The notes under the pieces: generated by a model | What the model was told of the DNA's origin: nothing | The model's database searches: none | Seen by the model: the letters and a program-made list of their open reading frames with translations, nothing else | Shown: positions 25,991 to 40,844 of the stretch, in pieces | How the letters are laid out: each line of letters starts with the position of its first letter | Position numbering within the stretch: position 1 is the stretch's first letter | NCBI RefSeq assembly: GCF_006345805.1 | Contig: NC_043005.1 | Coordinates: 107,136,001 to 107,200,000 of the forward strand | Reading direction: 5' to 3' | DNA from: Octopus sinensis | Lineage: Eukaryota | Length of the DNA: 64,000 bases | Program-made: the position numbers and the translations under genes

Positions 25991-26787
25991 AGAATTCCAG
26001 TGAAAGCAAAGAGAATTTATTGAACGTGGGTATTTTGAAATAAAAATCATTTTTAGCCAATCTTACTTTATCGAAGAACCGTAAACAGAGTAAAGCAAAG
26101 AAACAATATATAAAAGAAAATATATAAAATAAAATGCAACTCAGTTAAACAACAAAGCATAAAATGTGAAAAACAGGTAAAAAAAGAAAAGAAAACTAAA
26201 ACAAAATTGATCGCAAAATAACAAAATAACATAAGAATAATGCGAAAAATGTGTTTCTCCGTCCATGTAAAAGATGCTAGTGCCAATTAGAATTGGCACG
26301 CGTCTGATGATAGAACCAATATATACACGGTAGTTGTCATATAACGTTAGTCTTGGAGCGAAACCATCTAATGTCTAATAGGAAGAGATGGTTTATCTTA
26401 CCCTCACTGTATTAAGAGTTTACCATCAAGAAACATGGTAAGGAATATTGAGAACGAAGAAGGAAAGGAATTAGGTGTTATGAGTATGATGCTTGTGTGT
26501 GTTTTTTGTGTGTGGGGGTGATAGTTAGATAGATACAGAGAGAGGAGAGATGAAGAATGTGCCTTTAAGTCAAGAGGGGTAGAGAGAGATTGAAGGAGAG
26601 AAGGAGAGAGACAGTGATGGTTGAGGTGGAGGATGACTCAGAGATAGACAGGGGACAAGTTAAGACAGACAAAACATGAAGAATATATGCATGTGTTTGT
26701 ATAGGTATTTTAAGGAAGAAAAAGCAAAAGAGAGCGAAAAGCAGAGAGAGAGAGATATACATATCCTCTTAGTATATGTATGATCGC

Positions 26788-26846
<59 letters not shown>

Positions 26847-26914
26847 GAGAAGGAGGAATAGCTACAGAGACAAGTTTGAAGATCAAGTTTGAAGATTACT
26901 TACCTCGCACGACC

Positions 26915-27388
26915 ACAACACAAACACACAACTATCGCCATCCACACCACCACACCCCACCCAACCCCGATATTTCGCCCAACAAAATAACCAGCTTTCA
27001 AATTTTATACCGCCACCACCACCACCACCACCATCACCAACTCCACTACCACAATTATCGCCACAACCACCGCCATCACCGTCACGACCACAACCACAAC
27101 CGCCACCACTACCGCCCTCACTGATGATACTGTTTGTTTTTGTAGCAACGGCTGCCACTACTACTACTACTACTACTGCTACTGCGGCTACAACTACTAC
27201 TGCTACTACTGCTGCTACTACTACTACTAAAACTACCACCACCACCACCTCCACCACCACTACTCCTATACTACTACTACTAACACCACCACCACCTCCA
27301 CTACTACTACTACCACCACCACCACCACTACTACTACTACTACTACCACCACCTCCACTACTACTACTACCACCACCACCAGCACCAG

Positions 27389-27446
<58 letters not shown>
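26915..27446. repeat. (CAC/CTA/CCA)n trinucleotide mosaic
   Basis: Direct inspection; source of poly-T/L/S/V pseudo-ORFs. Confidence 0.95.
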
Positions 27447-28728
27447 GCAGGCCTCATTACCACACTTAAATTCAGTATCTGTAATAATGGATGGAATGAA
27501 TGGGCCAACAATCATACGGAACCTGCTGTTTCAAGACGCAAAATATTTATTCAAAAGAAATGAATGGAATGAACTGGTGCATGGCAAGTGTGCATCTGGT
27601 GCATTCCTCTCGCCCTCTTTTGGTGTATGCGGTGTTGTTGTATGTAAATGTTTGTGACTGCATGGCTAGTTGTGTCCACATATCTTTTTCTTTGTTCTTT
27701 GTGAGCGTGTATATTTTTGTGTCTGCGTATTAAGTGCATCCATGATGTATGCATATCAAGTCTGACTGTTTTCAGAAATGAACATCATTAGATGCAAAAA
27801 CTTTGCCGTACCATTCTTTATGCCAACATATGTATGCGTGCGTGAGTGTGTGTATGAGAGAGAGAAACAGGGTGGTCTGCCTAGGTGTATGTGTGTGTGT
27901 GTATACACTTACAACATACATGCACGCATATAGTATGGAGACGGATGCATAGTAATTTAACGAAAGCAACAACCCATACCTGTACACGTAACACTACTAC
28001 AATACAATAACCGCCCATCGTATGTCGCTAGTATACTTATAGCAGCCTACTGTACCCCATGTTGTTTACTATTAATCTTTTATTTTTTAATTCACAAGGA
28101 AGACCACGAGAAACCATTATCATCATAATTATTTAATCATCATCATGGTAAAAACTTTGTCCGTTATTTTCAAAACAACACCACCATCACACCACCGCTT
28201 TCCTCACGAATTCCCGTCACCAACGCCAAAATCAATACCCTCGCCAATAACATCACATATTGTCCGGATGTTGATAAGGCTGAAGAGATATGGTTTCGCT
28301 TTGCCCGCTATTCACTTGCTACAAAGCAAGCCAATTAGATTACATAACGATGTACCGACTGACCACAGCAAGTTTGGGGACATTTTTAGTTAAATCTAAT
28401 ATCAACCGAACGAACAGACATATTTACATATCAACGTACCGATATGCCTTTGTTTATTGCTTTGTTAGATATACAGTAAGATAATAATGTGAAAGTAGAT
28501 AGATATAAAAAAAAAGAGAAGAAAATACATCAATCTATGTGTGAAGGTATTTATACACATGTTGGTATACACCCATACACACACTCACACACAAATATAT
28601 ATATATACACACATGTGCACACAAAAACACACGCACATATACATACAGATATGCAAGTCCGAATATGTATACCACTTGTATATATATGCATGCAAATATA
28701 GGTGTATATATATAATTCTATATATAAG

Positions 28729-28784
<56 letters not shown>

Positions 28785-28852
28785 ACACTCACACACACAA
28801 ACGCGTATATAAGTGAAGGCATATGTGTTTGTCTCGGATAATGTATCCTCCA

Positions 28853-28908
<56 letters not shown>

Positions 28909-28912
28909 CACA

Positions 28913-28950
<38 letters not shown>

Positions 28951-30450
28951 TGTGCCTATGCAGTATAGAATAGTTAAGAATAGCTTTCATTCAAAGTTAT
29001 TTCGCTGCTTTGGTGTACACAATCGATCAGAATATAGAAGAGGAGGAAGGAGTTGATCGAGGGAATGCAGAAGACGAAGAGGAGAGATGCAAAAAAAGTT
29101 ATAGAGATAATCAACGAAGGAAACACACACAGAGAATGTAGTGATGTTTTCGTAGGAATGCAAGATTCACGTTCTTGGGCTGATATAGAAAATCTAAGGC
29201 GAACGGGATGGAGAAAAGGTGGCTAAAGAAAGTGGAAGGTAAAGTGAAAGTATGAAGAAAACAAAACACCACGGTGGGACAAGTAGTATAATCAGACAAG
29301 AATATTAGTGATTGAGAATTAGGAATAACTGAAGACATATACTGTCACGCTTTAATATCACACTATGGTGAGAGATAGAGATGGTTGCTAAAATCAGAAA
29401 GAAATTTAGCAAATGATTGATACATTAGAAGAGAGATTATGCAGGATGGACAAATTTACACCTTTAATATGCAACAAGTATCAACGTTAACGCAGATAGT
29501 AATAATAACTTCAACAGCAAGAATATTATCAACTGTGAATGGAAATAAAAAGAAAAAAAAATGAAAGCTAATTGATAAGAAAGTAATGACCAGAAATAAG
29601 AATAGCAAAAAATATGGAAGGGTGAGAAAGTTACCGTAATAACAAAGCAACAAAACTAACAACGGTAAAAAAAAAAGAAGAGAGCTATAATATTATTATG
29701 TAGGTTTGTATAAAGTAAAACATTGGCCGGGCTTGCAACATTAATAACAATATCAGATTTACTGTGATTGTTGTGATAAAAAAAAAACAATAACAAAAAG
29801 AAAAATATAGACGCAAAGAAAAAAATTAGTTGTAGAAAATATAGGAAAGTCTCTAAGGTTTCGATAGTCAACATGCGGACAATCTGATCGGAACTTAACC
29901 AATTGTATGGCAAATAACGTATAAATGAGTGCTGAGATAAAAAAGCAAAGTAACATTGTTTCTGCTGTCAACGTCTTTACATAGAGTTCTCGTACTCGAA
30001 ATAATATCCATACAGAAACTGAGGTAGCTAAACTGGGCCGATTAATTTCCATACGAGTGCAACAATAATTACTAACGAGAGTTAATTAATTAATTTATTC
30101 ATTCATAATGTGCACTGTTCTTCATAATTTGAAATATAAGTTAAACTCGTTATTTTAATAAACTTTAGTTGAATAGTAACTAAAATGATTTCACCCCAGT
30201 TTCTGTCACACCAATTATCAGAGCAAAATGGAATCGATCCGAACAGCTACCAGTTTGTTACACTTTTATGAAACAAAATACACCCTTATTCTATCCACAG
30301 AAAGATTTGTAAGACACAAATATACACGCATTCTTCATTTACATAATTGTGTTTGTTTCTGAAAACGTGGTTTAAATAATAACTCATTAGTACACAACGG
30401 TATCGTTTTATTTTCGCAGTGAGCAAAAATTTGATGTTTATAAGCATAGC

Positions 30451-30481
<31 letters not shown>

Positions 30482-30495
30482 TGTATGTATGTATG

Positions 30496-30527
<32 letters not shown>

Positions 30528-32017
30528 CTTCTGTCTATAGATTATATAATTACTGTTACGATTTTAATTCAGATTACGTAGATAATCGTGCACGATTTTG
30601 CACAAAACTGGATGCCAGATTAAAGAACAAAATTCCTCCAAGGATTTCGTTACGTATCGGTTCCAAGTTGTGATAAACACAGCACAATGTAACAAAGAAA
30701 ATGATAAAAAAATGCAGCAACTAAAAACTAGTAGAAAATATGGCAGCTAACATGTGAACAATCTGGATCGCGTAGAACAAATTATGATAAAGAATATATG
30801 CGAGCTGACTTTATTATGAAAATGCGTTTTTATAGGCTCACGTCTGATGACTATCTCACTTCGTACAATTTTTAGTTGAAATGGTTTATACCTTTAGGGC
30901 ATCGTTTAGATAAAAAAAGCTCGAATTTGACTCACTAACAAATTTGTTCCAGTTTGCATTGGAATCTTGTTGATAGGGAATCACCTACGATGGACTATAA
31001 ATTTATCTAATTAGTTGTTTGCTTTCGTTTTGTTTAGTCGTTCCTACTAATAAATGATCTTATTTCACTAGGTAAAACTACATTTCTATAGAGCATGCTG
31101 CATACGTAATATATGATTTAACAGATACCAAACTTTTATACACAATTTATTAGGTGTAACAAGATCATAAAAACTGAACATCGTTAGATCAATTTACTTT
31201 AGTTTTATGTTTTTACAAGTCACTATATTGTATATATTTTTTAATAATTTCTGCAGGTTTCCCCTGTAAGTTTAGTTTATCAACATTTCCACTCAGCACT
31301 AATTTTGTGAGATCACCCGACAATCATATCTCACCGTAGAAGTGCAATATTACGGCTTAGTAGTTTCAGCTCTCCACTTATCAATATGTGATTATTATTC
31401 TCCCTATGCTCATTTCACATTTAATTTTAGGTCAATGTTTGCCAGTCTGGCCCCGTAGCTTAATCATAATATCTGTCAAGTCACATTAGGTCACTTTTCA
31501 TCAATCTATTCCCAAATCACACACTTCTCATTTGTTAGGTATCTTTCAGCCACTTCTGGTCAGTTTCTCAAGGTATAAAATCCCACTGTTATTATGTCAT
31601 ATCATAAAAGTTTATCACCATAACCTAATTTCAACCGCTCTTATGATACTACATTAGTTTTGATTCTCAAACATCATAACTCAATTTACTGAAGCCGTTG
31701 AATGTGCGATAGCTTCTGTCTCTGGCCAATTACAATAGCATTAAATTAAGTTTGATATACGGAAATACAATTAAACATACTTAATGTTGCGGTATGAAAG
31801 TTTCTGATGTATACTTCCATTTGGGGAATATAACAGCCATATGGAGCCTATTTCAACCATTTTCGTTTTTTCAGTATTCCTCCTTTTATTCAACATTGCT
31901 GAAACATAATGCTATGTTAGAGTTTGGTTATCATGTATAATATCGAGTTTATTGCTAGCTTGAAGCTTTACAAGCTTCACTGTCAACAGACATGTTGAAA
32001 TAATGTCTGCTTTCTAG

Positions 32018-32104
32018 TTGATCTTGCACCTCCCAACTACATTCACTCGTCAGTGTGCGCAGCACTGTTCCTCAGCGAACTCATCACGAATTATAATTTG
32101 AGCT
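32018..32104 (+). CDS. candidate 87-nt internal coding exon (phase 1/1; alternative donor at 32142)
   Basis: Acceptor TGTCTGCTTTCTAG; donors AGCT|GTGAGT (32104) and AAG|GTAAAT (32142). Single open frame xDLAPPNYIHSSVCAALFLSELITNYNLS(CEYCTYMDLVQGK). No family recognised. Confidence 0.3.
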
Positions 32105-33338
32105 GTGAGTATTGCACATACATGGACTTGGTCCAGGGAAAGGTAAATGTAATATATAGAACTGCGTCGGGGAACCATAGGAACATGGAGCTTTCAGTGA
32201 ATGTATCTAAGTTTCAAGTTATTTAAGATAACTTTCTTAGATACATCAAATTCAAATTTATTTTCATATTCCATTTGGTGTGAAATCAAATGATGTAAAA
32301 AAATGTATTTATAAAACTTAGTGTGTCACTTTCAGTGTTATTATAGTATGTGTTTGCACTTCATTCAGTCACATACCGTGGCCACATATAATTCACTATT
32401 AACGATAATATGCTTAAAGAGCGATGATCTTTGGGTGTTAGAAGATCAAGTAATACAGGATCCTCATTGCTACTGTGCACCAAGATGTGATTTGAAAAGA
32501 AAATATTTTTAAGTAAATTTCTCATCAGAAAATTCAAGTATTCTAATCTGCAGTTTGTTCAACATCTAGAAGTTAATTACTAAATAGTTTAAATAAATAT
32601 AAATACTAAATAATAAATATACAAACATACTATACCGCATACTCATACTTAAAAACTAGAAGGCTTCTATTCTATCAAAGATAGAGAACTTGACAACAAA
32701 TTGAGAGAGAACACATGGCGGTATATAAATTCTAGGTGTTAGTTAGCATCACTTTTACAGTTATAATGGCAACATAGCTCTGAAGTCTGAGAGGAATATC
32801 CCTTAGGAATTAATTTATGATTTGTATGGTCTTTAGCTATAGTTTAGAAGGCCATAGAGGATTGTCGTTAACTGTTATTCCCAAGACAGGATATAATTGT
32901 CATATTCGACTATACAACACATCAAAATATTATTTTACTACAAACATATATCTTGTTATGATCTTCAGTAAACATTTATTACAACTATAACCAATAGAAA
33001 ATTAAATAGTCTTCACACTCTCTGATTCTGAATCTCACCCCGACATTAGATATCCAGTTCATTCTGTGTATGTCACCACCCGCTAACTCGAGTTCAATAA
33101 ACCGTGAATATTCACAGATTCCCTCTTCTTCTCTGCTGTATATGTGAAGATATTTGTTCTGCTAGAGAAGACATTGTTCACCAGTCAAATAAAGCAACAT
33201 GAAAGCAAACTATAACAAGAGAAAATTCTTCATTCAAAGTTAATAGCGAATATATTTGAATATAATAAAAGCACACACACACAAATATGTGTATCTGGTA
33301 TAAATATACATACGTATAGACACATAGAGAAGTACATG

Positions 33339-33427
<89 letters not shown>

Positions 33428-33689
33428 CACATACACGAAACGGATATTCAAGACTAGATAAGCGCAGGCACTACGTGAAACATAATCAAACCTATGTACA
33501 TATGTGATAGTAATTGCAAGTATGAATAAATGTATACACATATATACACAACGTACATATATATGTGTGTGTAAAAGGTTATATATGTATGTGTTTGTCT
33601 ATATGTATGTATATATGTTTGTATGTATGTATATATGTATGTATGTTTGTATGTATGTATGTATGTATGTATGTATGTATGTATGTATG

Positions 33690-33723
<34 letters not shown>

Positions 33724-33872
33724 TATATGTATGTACTTCTTAATTGCTTTGAAACATGTGCAATAACTGAAGATAAATGGCTTTAACAATTCGTAGTAAT
33801 GGAACATATTTTCACATTGAATACCTTACTAAATTAATTTCTAAATAGAATTCTTCGGTTAATAGATTTCAA

Positions 33873-33874
<2 letters not shown>

Positions 33875-33937
<63 letters not shown>

Positions 33938-33944
33938 CAACAAC

Positions 33945-33975
<31 letters not shown>

Positions 33976-33979
33976 TTAA

Positions 33980-34024
<45 letters not shown>

Positions 34025-34134
34025 AATCATGATACAGATGATGTTGAAGACGATCACGGCGACGATGATCATCACAACAGGGACAGAAATCATGACATCC
34101 ATCCGCATCATGAATGACAACAACGGTAGACAAT

Positions 34135-34173
<39 letters not shown>

Positions 34174-34310
34174 GAATACTATAACTACTACTACTACAAC
34201 TACTACTACTACTACTGCGAATACTACTACTACTACTACTACTACTACTATAATATATATAATGATGATGATGAAGATGATGATAATAATAATAATAATA
34301 ATAATAAATT
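33875..34310. repeat. (AAT)n-(GAT)n-(TAC)n-(AAT)n compound microsatellite
   Basis: Direct inspection. Confidence 0.97.
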
Positions 34311-35135
34311 ATATAAATTATTATTAGTAATATTACTGTTATGAAGATTTTTTTTGATTATTGTGGTTATGATTGATTATTATTAAATTTAGATTAAATA
34401 TTCATAATAACGAAATTAATTATAATATATGTAAACATAAAGATGATGATGATGGAGACGATGTTGGGGAAGATGCTGATGTTAACGATGACGTTGATTT
34501 CTTTTATTTGGCCCGGGGGTGGAACATGGGAAAAATGAATGACAATAATAATTTCAACATGGTTAATAACAGTATTAATGATATTGATAATAATAAATAG
34601 CAGTGACATTAGTATAAATGAAAATGAATATATAGAATGGAAATGAATAATAATTAAATCATTGAAAGGAAATGAGTATTTGTCAACAGCAGACATTTTT
34701 ATTTGAAGAGGAAGCGGCACTATATTCCATAGAAATAACTTAGTAGAAGCAATCTAAAGCCATCATTGAACAATTCATTATTTATAGTTTCCCCTGCTTA
34801 CCATAGCCATTTGTGTCTATTTCTGGAGGCTAAGGTATAGTTGCGAACACGTTTTTTCCCCTCAGTAGACGTTATAAGTACAGAAGAAAAAATCAGAGTA
34901 TTTTTCTAAATATAATGTTAATTCGAGAAAGGAGTCTTTTTTTTAAAATACTTGGGAGACTAACTAAAGTTCTAATTCGGATTTAGTATCAAATGCTTCT
35001 AGGTATTTATTGTATCTTTTCTCAAAGCCAAAATAATTGCAATAAATTTCAGTCATATCATGGCGGTACTTAGCATTCCTATTTTCATTTTTGTGATCAG
35101 AATAACAGAATTCAGGCTACTGGTCACACTACTTC

Positions 35136-35216
<81 letters not shown>

Positions 35217-35321
35217 TGTATGTATGTATGTATGTATATATATATATGTATACATATATATATATACTATATATTATGTGTGTGTGTATATATATATATA
35301 TGTATATATATATAGAGAGAG

Positions 35322-35352
<31 letters not shown>

Positions 35353-35960
35353 GAATATATGACAATAAATGGAATTCACTACGACCGTTTCGACCCATCG
35401 TGCACCGGAATTTCATTATAAGTGTATAACTTAACATTTGATTTATTTACGCATTTAAAAAAAATATATGTTATGCTTCATCTTTATTTTTTTATACATT
35501 GTAAGTCAGCTTATTGTTCATATGAAATTAATTCCACACCATTAACCAGTTCCTGGTGTAGACGTATGATATACTACAATTACCAAATTGTATTAGAATA
35601 GAAATAATTGAAACAGATATTAAAAAAACGAGGCACTTTTTGACAAATCATCTGATGAGATACTTCTGCACTTTCAATGCACCACAGTGCTTGTATAGCA
35701 TCTCACCCGTGAGACACCGGTGCACGACGGGTCAAAACGACCGTATTGAATAATAAACAATCGTCCCTCGCGTGCATTTTATAAACTCAAGGTACACGAA
35801 GGAGTCCTTGAAGTAAATCTAGTAAAATAGCCTTCCATACTTCTGATGACACCAAGTAACCGAACACTGTGAACGGGCTTTAAACGGTATATTACAAGAT
35901 ATATACCCGAATATAAAATCATTTCTTACATGTATATATGCGTGTATGTATGTGTATTAA

Positions 35961-36006
<46 letters not shown>

Positions 36007-36726
36007 ATGTGTGTGTGTGTGTGTGTCTGTGTGTGTGTGTCTGTGTGTGTGCGTGCGTGTGTGAGCGTGTGTGTGTGTGTGCGTGAGAAAGAATTATAGT
36101 GATGATTACTCATCTGTTCATTCAACTGTACTAGCTGGGACCAATATTTTACGGTGTGTGCGACCAGTTATTCTGAAGACATGTAATTTTAATGTAATAC
36201 TCAATCAAAACCATAGTGGAAACATATGAGAAGGCCGATACATTACATCCGACGGGCTTCCGTACATTTTCCCTCTATCCAATTTCATGCGGGTCCATAC
36301 TTACGAAAAACTCAATTGGCACTTAACTTTATTATTAGATCAGTTTCTCCTAGTTCTGTAAAAGGTGTGTGCTCCGCTCTAGTGCCAGTCAGGTGGCATT
36401 TACAGGGAATCGTTCGTTATTCTCAAAATATACATACACACATACGTATATACATACATACATACATACATACATACATGCATGTACATACATACATATA
36501 CATACACACACACATACATATATATATATATATTTACATACACATATATACATGCTCACACACACACACGTATATAACATGGGGGTTTAGCTCATAGGTA
36601 ATCTAAATAATTAGCTACGCCAGGTAGGTTTGCAACAGGTAAATAAGGCTCCAAGGTTAAAGCTAAGATCGGCAGTTATAGAGCAATTGCAGATTTCCGA
36701 TATAGCGGATATATAATGCAAGGCAA

Positions 36727-37116
36727 GGCGGGGGGGAAGCACTCCGTCGGTTACGACGACGAGGGTTCCGGTTGATCCGAATCAACGGAACAGCTTGCTC
36801 GTGAAATTAACGTGTAAGTGGCTGAGCACTCCACAGACACGTGTACCCTTAACGTAGTTCTCGGGGATATTCAGCGTGACAGAGATAGTGACAAGGCCGG
36901 CCCCTTGAAATACAGGTACAACAGAAACAGGAAGTAAGAGTGAGAGAAAGTTGTGGTGAAAGAGTACAGCAGGGATCACCACCATCCTGCCGGAGCATCG
37001 TGGAGCTTTAGGTGTTTTCGCTCAATAAACACTCACAACGCCCGGTCTGGGAATCGAAACCGCGATCCTATGACCGCGAGTCCGCTGCCCTAACCACTGG
37101 ACCATTGCGCCTCCAC
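36727..37116 (-). mobile_element. full-length tRNA-derived SINE with 12-bp target-site duplication
   Basis: Minus-strand head GGAGGCGCAATGGTCCAGTGGTTAGGGCAGCGGACTCGCGG..GGTTTCGATTCCC. AATGCAAGGCAA duplicated at 36715-36726 and 37117-37128. Confidence 0.93.
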
Positions 37117-37361
37117 AATGCAAGGCAAACGCTTCAAGTAATATATATTATTATTGGATAAGAATTCAGTCTTACAGCTGTTTCTGGGATATCACAGAGT
37201 ATGGGATACTCTGCTATCGGAGAAAAATAGGGAGAATGAGAAAGGTTAAGATTAATGAAATAACGGCATAGAAAACAGGAATAAAGGAATAAGAAAATGA
37301 AAAAGAGAACAAAAAAAAGAAGCATAAATGTTCACAGTTCAAATTTCCGATCTTGTAGAAA

Positions 37362-37525
37362 TAATGCAGTTCTATATTTACATTATTTATATTTGACGGA
37401 TATTTGTCCTCATCTTGTTGTTGTCAACACAACGTTTAGGCTATTATGTCCGCCAGACTTCATCACGTGTCTTGGGAGAAATTTCGAACCTGCGTTCTTT
37501 ATTCCTAAGGTATTTTTCAATGTTG
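37362..37525 (-). mobile_element. Penelope-like terminal repeat (family D) with dead hammerhead relic
   Basis: Matches 42308-42416 and 47950-48040 (TTTGACGGATATTTGTCCTCATCTTG). Minus strand reads GTGATGAAGTCTGG..TAGCCTAAACGTT, with the core mutated. Confidence 0.7.
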
Positions 37526-37552
37526 TTATTATTATTATTATTATTATTATTC

Positions 37553-37585
<33 letters not shown>

Positions 37586-37596
37586 TATTATTATTA

Positions 37597-37630
<34 letters not shown>

Positions 37631-37961
37631 GATGTCGTACTGTATACAATATCGTGACGTTGTTGATTGAAGATATTGTATCTACCGTGGGTTTGTACTG
37701 TTTATCAAGTCACAGCAAGGACTTCAGGCAGACTGTGCTTTATTCAATATGTGTGCAGTTCCAAGTAATGCCAACGTTTTCAATACAGATATATGGTAGG
37801 ATATGTAAGATTTTCAGATGTTTTTTTCTGATTGGCTGATATTGAACCCAAAACTCCGATGGCAGTAGGGATAACCTTTGTGTTCGTCTCTCATAGCTGC
37901 CACATCCATGAAGAGAAAGTGGTTGAGACGTGCCCACTCCTAAACGTACACTCACACATAA

Positions 37962-37998
<37 letters not shown>

Positions 37999-39043
37999 CA
38001 CGTAAGTAAAAATATGTATATCTATGTTTGTATGTATATATATATAAATATAAATAAAATTCCCTTAGAATAGAAAATATAGAGGTCCTACATCTTCGAA
38101 GCAAGAAACATATTGTTTTTTTTTTCTTATGTATGTTTTTTAATCTTCGAATGCTCTCTATTTAAGCAGTTAATTAATTCAATAACTGCCTCTTCAACAA
38201 TGACGTCAACGTTAAGAAAAGCTGCTGTCTTAGTAAGAAATTGTAACATAATATCAATTGGATTAAAAATAGTTATGCATATATTCAACAGATTTCGTCA
38301 TTGTATAACAAAACATTCCAACGTTGCTGTCTACGTTTTGTTTCCTCATATAAACGTTTTCTCGTCACGTCTTCATTGAAATACAGTGTGCGTTCCGAAA
38401 GGAAAATTCTTATTCCTTTTCTAACAATATTTTACAATTCCTTGCTTTCCCTGTTACTGAAAAATCACAAGTTTTTTCAAACACTCGAGATGAAATTTAC
38501 AAATTAAGAAACCACGTTATCTTGTCGTTTGCTTTCAGTCTAGTCATAGCGAATGGTAGGAGATTCTGTTATGCATACGAAACAAGCGATATCATTAATC
38601 AATAGAAGGGAAAAATCTGGTCTAATTAAGACTATATCAGAAAGAAAACAGTGTCCGGAGATTAGCAAATTAGTCCACATTAAATACTAAAACAAAAGCG
38701 ATATTATCAACGATAAGTAAACCTGTAGCAAACACATGGAAATAGCGCCACATTGAACAAAAAAAAAAGGGTAACAGTTAAACGCCCCAGATATTAACTC
38801 TTTCTTCTCCAAAGAGTTATAGAAATACTCCGTATTTGAGGTTTTATCTCCAGCCTCAATCGCAAAAGTAATTGGAATTAATAAAAGAAAATGCGTTATA
38901 TATTCAACAAAGGAAAAAGGAGACTCAATCATAGAATAAGAGAACTGCTAATGACATTTCTAAAAGTGGTGATAGGAAATACAAACGAAATATAGAAATG
39001 TGAGATAAGCATTTAGATGTATATTGGTAGGTATAAGATACAA

Positions 39044-39273
39044 GGCTGCGAGCTGACAGAATCGTTAGCACATCGGGCGAAATGCTTAGCGGTGTTTTGT
39101 CTGTCGTTACGTTCTGACTTCAAATTCTGCCGAGGTCGACTTTATCTTTCATCCTTTCGGGGTCGATTAAATAAGTACCAGTTACGCGCTGGGGTCGATA
39201 AAATCGACTTAATCCGTTTGTCGGTCCTTGTTTGTTCTCTCTCTCTTTAACGCCTTGTGGGCAGTAAAGAAAT
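39044..39273 (+). mobile_element. full-length family A SINE
   Basis: Colinear with 13688-13918. Confidence 0.92.
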
Positions 39274-39745
39274 GAGTATGTATAAGATACTAGGAGATAT
39301 GGAGAAGGTCGATGAGCAGATAATATCTGAACTGTAAGCCTTGCAAAGTGTACACACACACACACAGACACACACACACACGCACGCACGCACGCACACA
39401 CACATACACACACAACAGTTATTTTATTCCATGCACGTTGGAAAATAGAAAGAAGTTGGAATTGCAGTGGGTTTATATATACTATATATATATATATATA
39501 GACTGAATTTATAGATACTATATATATGTGTGTGTGTGAGTGTGTGTGAGTGTGTGTGTGTGTGTGCTTGTGAGTGTGTGTGTGCGAGTGCGTTTATCTA
39601 TATTATCTATATATGTATATGTATGTATGCAAAAAATATTCTGATTATAGTCGCCAACTCGTTTCAGATTCTGAACCACAACAGAGGTAAGACATATCTG
39701 ACACGTTCTGTATGTATACGACTTGTGTAAACACTTATATACAAG

Positions 39746-39777
<32 letters not shown>

Positions 39778-40347
39778 CACACACACACACCACGCACGCA
39801 CGCACACACACACACACACATATATATATCTAAACATACACGCCCGCGCGAGCCCACACACATACACACTCACATATATATATATATACAAATATGCATA
39901 TATGCATAGATGCATTTACATATTTATATATATATATTTCTACATAATCATTTATCGATATGCACAGGCGCAGAGACATAGACACAACCACACACACATA
40001 CATACAAACATTAAGCCTAAACAACGGATAACATGGATGTGAGTATATTATAATCATACGCAGAATTGGCAATAAACAAGACAATAGTTTCTCGACAGTC
40101 TATCATCTGAGATATATCATAAAATTTGAAATGAATGCAACGAAAATTTCCATGAAGCCACTTTGCCTTCTCTATTACACGGTTACCATCCTATCCTTAG
40201 TCAAGCTTTTAGAATATTTTTTTAGCTCAGTGTGCACTTCCTACAGAGTAAAGACGCATGTGTACTTATGCAGGCAACTATGTGACAGGGACATACACAC
40301 ACAGACGTATATACACGTATACACACACGGACACATATACATGCGCG

Positions 40348-40380
<33 letters not shown>

Positions 40381-40653
40381 GGCCTCAGCCGGATGGCTGA
40401 AACAAGTAAAAGAGTAAAAGAGTATGTAAGTAAATATAATATATATATAGATGTGAATGTGTGTGTGTGTGTATGTAAATGTATGTATATATATGCATAT
40501 CTTTAGAACGGGGCTCGCTCCTTTGAGCTGGGAAATGAATGGAATGCCTGGTGTATGTCTTGTGGCTACAACCTCCCCCAAAAACGGGGAATAGGTGTTT
40601 GTGTGTGTGTATGTTTACATATATATGTGTATCTATCTATCTATCTATCTATC

Positions 40654-40704
<51 letters not shown>

Positions 40705-40708
40705 CTCT

Positions 40709-40775
<67 letters not shown>

Positions 40776-40797
40776 CTCTATCTATCTATATATATAT

Positions 40798-40844
<47 letters not shown>

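Noticed and set aside
25353-26060. 235-aa ORF with a natural-looking C-terminus (MDLFESLYKHAQRYGYLSLRNF)
   Set aside because: Mostly (TTC)n and (CA)n; no credible acceptor precedes the unique tail and no family was recognised.
36304-36354. Good minus-strand acceptor and GTAAGT donor pair
   Set aside because: All three frames contain stops; it could at most be a non-coding exon.
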